From contig CAZVGK010000035.1 in assembly GCA_964626665.1 (NCBI GenBank), positions 1 to 28,584 on the forward strand: DNA of 28,584 bases, read 5' to 3'. This DNA comes from an uncultured Gemmatimonadota bacterium (lineage in GTDB: Bacteria > SM23-81 > DAOVCL01). The notes below the pieces were generated by a model that was not told the origin of the DNA, searched no databases, and was given only the letters and a program-made list of their open reading frames with translations. This document shows, piece after piece, positions 18,895-26,553 of the stretch (positions are counted from its first letter, which is position 1; every line of letters begins with the position of its first letter). The translations under genes were made by a program, and so were the position numbers.

Positions 18895-21800
18895 CTATCT
18901 GATCAAAACCATCTTCCTCGTCTGCACAAAATCCCCAGCCCTTAACCGATAAAAGTAGATGCCACTGGTGAATGAGCTTGCATCCCACCTGGCGGTCTTA
19001 TATCCGGCTTTCTGGTTCCCATCAACCAGAGTTGCCACCTTCTGCCCTAAGATATTGTAAACCTCCAACCTCACCCGACAATCCCTGGGCAAGGCATACC
19101 TGATCTCAGTGATAGGGTTAAAGGGGTTAGGATAGTTCTGGGAGAGGAAGAAGGTTGTCGGTAATCCAGACAAGTGTCTGGAGGGCACCGGAACGCCAGG
19201 CTCCAACACAATTGTGCTATCTATACTGCCATCATTACCCACATCAATCTCAAGGATAACTTGACTTTCGCTTAGAGAGTCCCAATCTTGCGGGGTGAAC
19301 TTGTGAGTGGTGCTTTCACCAAGGGAAAAATCAGAATAGAAAGTGGAGTCGGCATGAGCTCCTTTCTGCTCAATCATAAGGTCATAGGTTTTGGGCCCAC
19401 CCCAATTGATATAAGAGAAAGAGGCGAGATCAGGACTGACCACAAAGTTCACGCTATCGCCAGCGGAGATGGAGGTGTTGAGCACGGTGAAGATCCGCTC
19501 GCCAGATGTGTCGGGTAGTACCTTAATCAGGGAGGAAGAGTAACTTTTTGTCGAATCAGAAGTGATGTAACTTGCTGTGCTGGTGCTGTCAACGTAGGAA
19601 ACCCGATCAATCGTAGTGGTGTCAACGGACGCCCCCTTGATTTGAAACAAATTGCCGCCGGCAAAGAGGTCAAGGTCGTAGGCACCTGTGTCCACGCCCG
19701 TAATGGAGGTCGTGTAGCAAATGTCAAACGGCAAAAAATAATGTTCAGGAATCGCTCCTGTATCCTGCTCCCAGAATAATATCGGACCTGCGCCAGGAAT
19801 CTCCGCTCGGAAATCCCCGTCTATCCAGCCCAGATGTCGTCCTTGGTCATCAGTAAAAAGGGTTTGCACCGGCCCCATAGCGAAGGTAACAACAATAGTG
19901 GCATCTTTTTCTGGTAATGAGTGCGGTCCATCGAGTATTGTATCTGGGACGGCAAACAAAGTTCTTATGGTATCAGCTCCACTCCAACCACGATAACTCC
20001 AAGTGTTTTGTGTCAGATTAACTGTAATCTTACGTCCTCCTACTCCAGGTGCAGAGGGGTCGTAGACAATTATCTCACCACTATCGGAGGTTACCGGATA
20101 GGCATTTATTACAACCATTACATGACCTCGGCGTGATGTATCGCCATCAGCTATTCTAATGCGGGCAATATGGACGGTGCTTGGGCGGTCATTCCCATGT
20201 TCAATATTATCGAGGAGCAGATTAAATACCGTCTTAGGGTCACTGTTTTCGGGTGACTCGTGCAGATACTTCAGAACCTCAGCACTTTTCTGATGCCAAT
20301 GGTATTCTTCGATCAGGTGGTCTAATTCTGGGATGAGATGCCCATCTTTATAGCGATCAAGCCCGTAAGTAGAATCAGCCTCTTGTCCAACCAAAGACTG
20401 GTCGGTAACATCAAGAACGCGGGTAAAAAAGAGTATACTGGTAGCCGACATGCCGAAGCAACTACCTTCATCATTGATGCTGTTGTGACTTTTTTCGAAA
20501 ACTTCAGCATAAACGGTGGCGCCAGGATACTGATTAATCGCCCCCTGAAGGTTAAAAGCATCCACAAATTGAGCCCAATCATCGTCGGGGTTTGGATCAC
20601 TGTAATTCTTGAAACTGTACCCGTCCCGATTAAGCACAAACTCGCCAAATCCCAGAGTGAACATATGTTCACCCCAATCCCAAATGTAGTCATCGGCAGC
20701 TTCAGCATAAGCTCGAACTACAACCGTTCGACAACCTATCCGAGGCGTTTCCCAGGAGTGCGATCCACCATCAGGAGTGCTTTCAGTAATTGTATCCGAA
20801 AATGTAGTGCCACCGTCACGTGAACAGAGCAATCTTATATGGTCTATACCAGTTCCCTCAGTAGTCCAGGTGATGGGGTAAGTATCACCTCCAAACCAGA
20901 CCTCTCCACTTTCGGGTGAGATGAGGGTAATGTTAGTTGTTGGTAGTTGAAAATCTACAGTTGTGGTTTCGTCTTCTGCGACAACAACATCTGCCTCCGT
21001 TTTGGTGACATAACCCAACTTTGATGCCCAGACGATATAAACGCCTGGACTGACCTCAAGGCTATAAGTTCCATCCCCTAAGGTCCTTGTAGAATCAATG
21101 AGTGTGAACCCCTGCATAACCTCGATTAACACATCTGGTATGGGAGGTGCTGGTGGAAAACGAATTTCTGTGACGGTCCCAGCAATAACGCCCGGTGGTT
21201 GAGGGCTGATGGTAAATGGAGCATCGCTTACATCATAAGGGTCACCGTCGGCTGCATCGGAGACTTTCACCAGGCAATTGGTTGAAGGATCATCAGGGAT
21301 TGTCCAGGGGTGGGTGCCATCATTTTCCGTGCTGCTCACAATTGGTGTCCAATCTGTGCCACCATTGGTGGAGTATTCTATTTTGACATTCCCGGTGAAG
21401 TTCTGCGAAGTCCAGGTGATGTCGTGCTGGGAGCCCACCATCCAGTTTTCCCCTCCGTTCGGTGAGGTTACAGTGAGGGTTGGCTCTGGTTGAAACGAGA
21501 TGGGTGGAGAAGAAACAAATTGCATCTGCTCAAAAGAATCACCAATAATAATTCGGTTCTTGAACCACGTGGCAGATGTGGTATCCCCCTTGAAAAAGCA
21601 AACCCCTATTTGGGAAGCAGTGCAAACTACATCAAACACACCGTCACGGTCAAAGTCGTATGCATCACCATAGCCAGCTCCGCCTTTGTTTTGGCCGCTC
21701 TCATCAGAGGGGTTAGCATCGTATGCTTCTCCAACTTTGGTGAAGCTACCATTACCGTTTCCTAACCAAAGCCAGGTCTGTCCTGGATCTCCATCATCGT

Positions 21801-22644
21801 CTTGCCCTTGAATTAAGTCATCGTGGCCGTCTCCGTTAAAATCTCCTGCCACAACAGTAACTGAGCCACTCTGTCCAGAACCTCCTGGGTTAGTGGTTTC
21901 AAGCGAACCAATGTGATAAAAAGTGCCATCTCCATTACCGAGATAAAGGCACATTTCATTTCCTGAACTCGGATCCCAGTAATGCATCAAGACGAAATCG
22001 AGATTTCCGTCTTCATCAAAATCTCCAACATCGACATCCCGAATGTTTTCATAACCCAGATCACCCACCCAACAAGAAGAGGTGACATCGCTGGTAGACA
22101 TAACAAAGTTATTGTCCCCTTGATTGGTAAAAAAGTAAAGCTGAGCATCAGCAAAGATAATAAAATCGTGTAGGCCATCGTTATTAAAATCTCCCGAACA
22201 AGCAGGTCGTGAGAAAGGAAATCCTGTAGAGGGATAAGGTAGATCTGTGGTAATTGTATCTCTTTCGAAGGAGATACTACCTTGGTTAAGATATAAAATG
22301 CATGTTCCATTCTGATCGTTTGCCACGATATCCAATAAGCCATCGCCGTTGAAGTCGTCAATAGTCCCGCCTATAGCTTCAGAGCCCAGACTGTCCACCA
22401 AGATTTTGGCAGTAAATGTGGTATCGCCATTGCTTGGATAAAGATAAATATTGTTCCCTACTCCAACCACAAAGAAAATGGGACTATTGACGGACACAGA
22501 CTCCTGAGAAAGCACCAATTGCCTCTGTGCTGGTGTGGGTTCATCAGTAAGATTGTTGCCAGGGGTAATCCTGGCTGCCCAAGCCACCCCAACGAACAAT
22601 AAGCCCAAGACACAGAGCATTCCAATGGCAAATCCTCTTTTCAT
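18895..22644 (-). CDS. Large secreted protein: FG-GAP repeats, Ig-like domains, carboxypeptidase-regulatory-like domain, putative papain-fold domain and T9SS-type-A-like C-terminal sorting domain
   Basis: Signal peptide, DFNGDGLLD/DFNNDGLHD/DFDEDGNLD repeats, two SP(N/E)(G/S)GExW...ITW domains, GSCFGMS...GHVMVV...YDP, and LSQNYPNPFNP...SGIYFYRL...KMVLIR. Confidence 0.88.
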   Translation of the reverse strand: MKRGFAIGMLCVLGLLFVGVAWAARITPGNNLTDEPTPAQRQLVLSQESVSVNSPIFFVVGVGNNIYLYPSNGDTTFTAKILVDSLGSEAIGGTIDDFNGDGLLDIVANDQNGTCILYLNQGSISFERDTITTDLPYPSTGFPFSRPACSGDFNNDGLHDFIIFADAQLYFFTNQGDNNFVMSTSDVTSSCWVGDLGYENIRDVDVGDFDEDGNLDFVLMHYWDPSSGNEMCLYLGNGDGTFYHIGSLETTNPGGSGQSGSVTVVAGDFNGDGHDDLIQGQDDDGDPGQTWLWLGNGNGSFTKVGEAYDANPSDESGQNKGGAGYGDAYDFDRDGVFDVVCTASQIGVCFFKGDTTSATWFKNRIIIGDSFEQMQFVSSPPISFQPEPTLTVTSPNGGENWMVGSQHDITWTSQNFTGNVKIEYSTNGGTDWTPIVSSTENDGTHPWTIPDDPSTNCLVKVSDAADGDPYDVSDAPFTISPQPPGVIAGTVTEIRFPPAPPIPDVLIEVMQGFTLIDSTRTLGDGTYSLEVSPGVYIVWASKLGYVTKTEADVVVAEDETTTVDFQLPTTNITLISPESGEVWFGGDTYPITWTTEGTGIDHIRLLCSRDGGTTFSDTITESTPDGGSHSWETPRIGCRTVVVRAYAEAADDYIWDWGEHMFTLGFGEFVLNRDGYSFKNYSDPNPDDDWAQFVDAFNLQGAINQYPGATVYAEVFEKSHNSINDEGSCFGMSATSILFFTRVLDVTDQSLVGQEADSTYGLDRYKDGHLIPELDHLIEEYHWHQKSAEVLKYLHESPENSDPKTVFNLLLDNIEHGNDRPSTVHIARIRIADGDTSRRGHVMVVINAYPVTSDSGEIIVYDPSAPGVGGRKITVNLTQNTWSYRGWSGADTIRTLFAVPDTILDGPHSLPEKDATIVVTFAMGPVQTLFTDDQGRHLGWIDGDFRAEIPGAGPILFWEQDTGAIPEHYFLPFDICYTTSITGVDTGAYDLDLFAGGNLFQIKGASVDTTTIDRVSYVDSTSTASYITSDSTKSYSSSLIKVLPDTSGERIFTVLNTSISAGDSVNFVVSPDLASFSYINWGGPKTYDLMIEQKGAHADSTFYSDFSLGESTTHKFTPQDWDSLSESQVILEIDVGNDGSIDSTIVLEPGVPVPSRHLSGLPTTFFLSQNYPNPFNPITEIRYALPRDCRVRLEVYNILGQKVATLVDGNQKAGYKTARWDASSFTSGIYFYRLRAGDFVQTRKMVLIR

Positions 22645-22696
22645 AATACCCCCTTGGTTTTAAAGGTTTTCCGTGTAGGGATAGACATTTACTACT

Positions 22697-22822
22697 GGGG
22701 CCACAAATAGGTTACATGTCATTGCGAGCGCAGCGAAGCAATCCAAAACGCTGAATGGGGGTTTAGACTATGAGATTGCTTCGTCGCTACGCTCCTCGCA
22801 ATGACACTTGAAATACCAATGT
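22697..22822. repeat. RPE-like palindromic element
   Basis: TGTCATTGCGAGCGCAGCGAAGCAATC...GATTGCTTCGTCGCTACGCTCCTCGCAATGACA. Confidence 0.8.
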
Positions 22823-22938
22823 GCAAACTATAATGTGACCTGAGTAATATGTCTGTCCATTATCATTTATCGGACTCCGATATATCGGAGTCAAGCCTAT
22901 CCTTTTCGGACAAGGCTAAAGCCCTTTCCCTACAAGTA

Positions 22939-23041
22939 ATTGACTATGTGAGAAAGGTCTGCTGACCTCGATCCTCGGCATCGGGAGATGCCTCCCACAC
23001 TCTTCTACCTGGCTTTAGCCGAGGGTTGATAGGGCTTTAGC
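22939..23041. repeat. About 100-bp composite REP unit, copy 1 (copy 2 at 23348-23448)
   Basis: ATTGACTATGTG...GGTCTsCTGACCTCGA...TCGGCATC...GATGCCTCCCACA...TCTACCyGGCTTTAGCCG as a direct repeat. Confidence 0.8.
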
Positions 23042-23121
23042 CCGTTCACTGGACTCAAACCCACGGGCCTGAAAGGCCCTTAACCCTGCACTAAAGTGCG
23101 GTAGAATTTTCTGATACAGCC

Positions 23122-23169
23122 AAAGAAAAACCGACCTGCATTCAAGTGAGATACCTTGGCAGATCGGCT
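23122..23169 (-). terminator. Rho-independent terminator
   Basis: 11-bp stem AGCCGAUCUGC/GCAGGUCGGUU followed by UUUCUUU. Its two G-U pairs are valid only on the minus strand. Confidence 0.6.
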
Positions 23170-23294
23170 GTTTCTTCCTATTGGACTCCAGCTTTGAATG
23201 CCTGCTGAAGAACTATTGTTTTCGCTTCCCGACTCCCCCTCACCCAATCCTGTCCTGTCTGAATGGTAAGGTATTCTCATCATCAGGAACCTTT
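23122..23294 (-). ncRNA. Candidate structured leader (riboswitch/attenuator) or sRNA
   Basis: Has its own promoter, several long complementary segments, an 8-bp potential pseudoknot and an intrinsic terminator. See findings. Confidence 0.45.
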
Positions 23295-23299
23295 CTTTG

Positions 23300-23328
23300 A
23301 AGATAACTACTCAGGCTTGTTCTGTCAA
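23300..23328 (-). promoter_or_regulatory. Sigma70 promoter
   Basis: TTGACA-17 bp-TATCTT. Confidence 0.7.
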
Positions 23329-23347
23329 CACCTTTTTCCTGCAATTC

Positions 23348-23712
23348 ATTGACTATGTGGGAGAGGTCTCCTGACCTCGACCATCGGCATCAGGGGATGC
23401 CTCCCACAACCTCTACCCGGCTTTAGCCGGAGTTAAAAGGACTTTAGCTTCTTTGGAGTGCTGTGACTCCTGTCACAGCATGCGTCAACAGAAATTGACG
23501 CACTCCATAATGGTCCTAAGGGGGCCCTTAACCCGCACTGAAGTGCAGTAAAAGTTGGAGATTGCTTCGGCTTGCCACTTCGCTGCCGCTCGGGGCAAAC
23601 CTCGCAATGACGGCTAAGGGAATCGTCATTGCGAGGAGCGAAGCGACAAAGCAATCTCGATCTACCCAGCCTTAGCCCGTCTGTGGGTAAAAATGGGGAC
23701 ACTCCCCATTTT
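23348..23712. repeat. Nested REP cluster
   Basis: Copy 2 of the 22939 unit, TGGAGTGC...GCACTCCA doublet, GCACTGAAGTGC hairpin, back-to-back RPE-like halves (23557-23658), and AAAAATGGGGACACTCCCCATTTTT. Confidence 0.8.
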
Positions 23713-23728
23713 TACCTCAGCTCTCCGG

Positions 23729-24157
23729 CTACATATCGCTTTTCAGGAGAGAATTAACCTTTTTGGCAAATTTCTTTAAGCCAGCAACCTCTTCCGAAAG
23801 AACCCGATACACCTCCTCAAAATCCACCCTCCAGTAGATATGAATTGCAAGATTGCGAAAACCAGCAAGATCTGCAAGCTTCATATACTCTGGCTCTTCT
23901 AAGAATTTCCCCTCCCACAAAGACCTAAAGACATCCCTATATCTTTCTGGCCTTCTCAGTCCAAGCTCCGCAATAAGGTGACTTCCAATATCAATACAAG
24001 ATTGAATGGCGCCAATCACTGCATAGAGCACCATATTTTGTAGGTCACGATTGGAGAGGAGTTCTTCCTGCGAGATCTTAGCTTTGTACCGCTGAAGGTC
24101 CTCCAAAAATTTGCTCAACTCATCAAGGTGTTTGAGAATGCTCTCTTTTTCTACCAT
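23729..24157 (-). CDS. HEPN (DUF86/HepT-like) RNase toxin
   Basis: FRNLAIHIY matches the Rx4HxY motif. Overlaps the upstream MNT gene. Confidence 0.9.
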   Translation of the reverse strand: MVEKESILKHLDELSKFLEDLQRYKAKISQEELLSNRDLQNMVLYAVIGAIQSCIDIGSHLIAELGLRRPERYRDVFRSLWEGKFLEEPEYMKLADLAGFRNLAIHIYWRVDFEEVYRVLSEEVAGLKKFAKKVNSLLKSDM

Positions 24158-24564
24158 AACTCAATCTTTCTGCTCAGGGACTTATTATACTCGTCTAAGA
24201 CGAATAAAAAGTCCAGGTACTCGATGATTGTCCTTGCCTCAAATCGTACTCTCTCCCCCTTATGCCGGACAAAAATGGGATTCCCAGTTTTGATTACCTC
24301 ATACTGGAAGTAGAGGGGGGCACTGTTTAGCGTCCTAACATCTACATCTCCATACCTGGGGTTCAGGAGACCCTCTACCTCTCTGGACAGTTGGAGAGAA
24401 TACTTGAGGTAATTAAACTGCTCTTCCCCACGGAGAAAGACCGCTAAGTCGATGTCTTTTGGACTATCTGCATGCAAAAATGACCCGTAGAGATAAGCAA
24501 ACAAGATCTCAATCCTCTTTTCGAGGAACTTACTAATGAGGGAAACAACCTCGTCTTTACTCAT
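24151..24564 (-). CDS. Minimal nucleotidyltransferase (MntA-like antitoxin)
   Basis: AYLYGS...DIDLAV and VDVRTLNSAP. Start is ATG 24564 or 24576. Confidence 0.9.
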   Translation of the reverse strand: MSKDEVVSLISKFLEKRIEILFAYLYGSFLHADSPKDIDLAVFLRGEEQFNYLKYSLQLSREVEGLLNPRYGDVDVRTLNSAPLYFQYEVIKTGNPIFVRHKGERVRFEARTIIEYLDFLFVLDEYNKSLSRKIELW

Positions 24565-24705
24565 AACCCTGTGCATATAGAACTTAGCTCCCTTCGGTCG
24601 CTAACTTCTCCAAGGAACCTTGGCGGCGTAAAGCTTTGCGGTAGGGGCAAAAAGTGGAACCACCCTGTTTTTGCTTCTAACTCCCCATCATCAAAGCTCT
24701 TCGTC

Positions 24706-24734
24706 AAGATACTAAGTAAGATCTATCCTGTCAA
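24706..24734 (-). promoter_or_regulatory. Sigma70 promoter of the MNT-HEPN operon
   Basis: TTGACA-17 bp-TATCTT. Confidence 0.7.
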
Positions 24735-24752
24735 GGTCTTTCTCTTTGCTGC

Positions 24753-24945
24753 AAAAATGGGGTCAGGCTGAAAAATAGAAATTATGCTTGATAGATTCGC
24801 TAAAAGGTGGTAAACGATGGCAAGGAAATTAAGAATAGAATATCCTGGCGCGCTCTATAATGTTGGAAATATGGGGAGTGTCCCTATTTTTCTACTATAA
24901 CTTAAAATATTGGAAAGTCAAAAGTAAAGATATGACCCCCTTTTT
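24753..24945 (+). mobile_element. Non-autonomous RAYT/Y1-derived element, copy 2, with both ends
   Basis: MARKLRIEYPGALYNV stub at 24817. Imperfect terminal inverted repeats AAAAATGGGGTCA ... TGACCCCCTTTTT. Confidence 0.75.
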
Positions 24946-24951
24946 AATGCT

Positions 24952-26553
24952 CTACTCCCACTCAACGGTGCTGGGGGGTTTGGAGCTGACATCATAAACC
25001 ACCCTGTTTATCCCCTTAACCTCATTTATTATCCGCCCCGATACAGCCCGTAGGAGGCCATCTGGTAGCTTAGCCCAATCGGCTGTCATCCCATCCCTGC
25101 TGGTCACCGCGCGCAGGGCTATGGTCCGTTCATAGGTGCGGTAATCGCCCATCACTCCCACGGAGCGGAGGGGAAGCAGAACGGCAAATGCCTGCCAAAC
25201 CCTGTTGTAATAACCCCTCTTTTTTAACTCCTCAATGAAGACGGCATCTGCCTCCCGCAACATCCCCAGCCTTTCCTCGGTTACCTCCCCGATTATCCTC
25301 ACGGCAAGCCCTGGCCCAGGAAACGGATGCCTGAGGAGCACCTCCTCAGGAAGCCCCAATTCCCTTCCCATTCCCCTTACCTCATCCTTGAAGAGCTCCT
25401 TTAGGGGCTCAATCAGCTTCAGCTTCATCTCCGGGGGGAGCCCCCCCACATTATGATGGCTTTTGATCACCGCTGATGGCCCGCCAAAGGCGGATCTGCT
25501 CTCCACCAGATCTGGATAGAGGGTCCCCTGAGCCAAGAAATCTGCCCCTATGCGGGCGGCCTCCCTTTCAAAAACTTCTATGAAGCTGCGGCCGATTATC
25601 TTTCTTTTCTTCTCTGGATCCTTCACCCCCGCAAGCCGGCGAAGAAAAAGCTTATTGGCGTTCAAAAGTCTCACCTTAAGCCCTATCTTGGTGAGTGTAT
25701 GCAACACCTCCTTTGCCTCTCCCTTCCTCAGAAGGCCATTCTCCACCAAAAGAAGGATGGCCCTTTCTCCCAAGGCCCTCTTTAATAGAACGGCCATCAC
25801 TGTGGAGTCCACCCCTCCGCTGACCCCACAGACCACCTTTCCATCCTTAACTTCCTCCCTTATCCTTTCTACGGCTTGGGAGATGAAGGAGCTGGCCGTC
25901 CACCCCCCGGTGCAGCCACATATCCGATAGAGGAAATTCTCCAATATCCTCTTCCCCTCCCGGGTGTGGGCCACCTCCGGATGGAACTGCACCCCATAAA
26001 TGGTTCCCCCCCTGGCCTCAATTGCCGCATAAGGGGCATTGGAGGTGGAGCCCAGAAGGGTAAAACCCGGAGGCAGGTCGCTCAGCCTGTCCTCATGGCT
26101 CATCCAGACCAAACTTCCATTACTTAAACCCTTAAGCAGTTTACCCCTCTCCCTGATCTGCAGCCTGGCCCTGCCGTACTCCCTCCGGCTTGCCCTGACC
26201 ACCTGACCACCAAATGCCTTGGCCAGGAGGTGCAGGCCATAACAGATCCCTAAGATGGGAAGTCCGCTCCTGAGAAGGGGGGAGGAGAGGAGAGGAGACC
26301 CTTTTTTGGCTGTGCTGGAAGGCCCACCGGAGAGGATGATCCCCCGGAGATGGGGATTTGCCAAATGGAGAGAGTTGGTCTGTGGGGGAAAGATCTGGGA
26401 ATAGACCCCCAGTTCCCTTATCCCCCGGGCAATAAGCTGCGTGTACTGGGAACCAAAGTCGATAATGGCCACCCATTCCCTTCCTTCAGTCCTCTGGCTC
26501 GATGACCGTGTCCCTTCTCCAATTCTCCTTGGCTTTGTCTGGATAATCCTCAT
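24952..26553 (-). CDS. guaA: GMP synthase (glutamine-hydrolysing)
   Basis: DFGSQYTQLI, LGICYG, QFHPEV, SGGVDS, IKSHHNVGG, SKPPSTVEWE. Start is uncertain: ATG 26553 inside nadB, or GTG 26472. Confidence 0.96.
   Translation of the reverse strand: MRIIQTKPRRIGEGTRSSSQRTEGREWVAIIDFGSQYTQLIARGIRELGVYSQIFPPQTNSLHLANPHLRGIILSGGPSSTAKKGSPLLSSPLLRSGLPILGICYGLHLLAKAFGGQVVRASRREYGRARLQIRERGKLLKGLSNGSLVWMSHEDRLSDLPPGFTLLGSTSNAPYAAIEARGGTIYGVQFHPEVAHTREGKRILENFLYRICGCTGGWTASSFISQAVERIREEVKDGKVVCGVSGGVDSTVMAVLLKRALGERAILLLVENGLLRKGEAKEVLHTLTKIGLKVRLLNANKLFLRRLAGVKDPEKKRKIIGRSFIEVFEREAARIGADFLAQGTLYPDLVESRSAFGGPSAVIKSHHNVGGLPPEMKLKLIEPLKELFKDEVRGMGRELGLPEEVLLRHPFPGPGLAVRIIGEVTEERLGMLREADAVFIEELKKRGYYNRVWQAFAVLLPLRSVGVMGDYRTYERTIALRAVTSRDGMTADWAKLPDGLLRAVSGRIINEVKGINRVVYDVSSKPPSTVEWE

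Noticed and set aside
23215-23290. Hammerhead ribozyme (CUGAUGA...GAAA) or 6S RNA interpretation of the structured RNA
   Set aside because: Stems II/III around the hammerhead core could not be formed. The internal fold does not give the 6S rod with central bubble, although 5'-3' pairing exists, so 6S still needs a covariance-model test.
23080-23702. ORFs 23080-23283 and 23433-23702 (also 6987-7235)
   Set aside because: They read through palindromic repeats or the structured RNA and show no protein-like features. A leader-peptide role for 23080-23283 is not excluded but is unsupported.
12199-24605. Recurring 25-30-bp GCGACCGAAGGGAGCTAAGTTC as CRISPR repeats or integron attC sites
   Set aside because: Copies are kilobases apart in both orientations. 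There are no regular spacers, cas genes, integrase or RYYYAAC/GTTRRRY attC structure.
24645-24675. T-box-like AGGGTGGTTCCAC in the MNT leader
   Set aside because: No stem I/specifier or terminator. It lies in an A5...T5 palindrome resembling the GGGGACACTCCCC repeat family, and the downstream gene is not amino-acid related.
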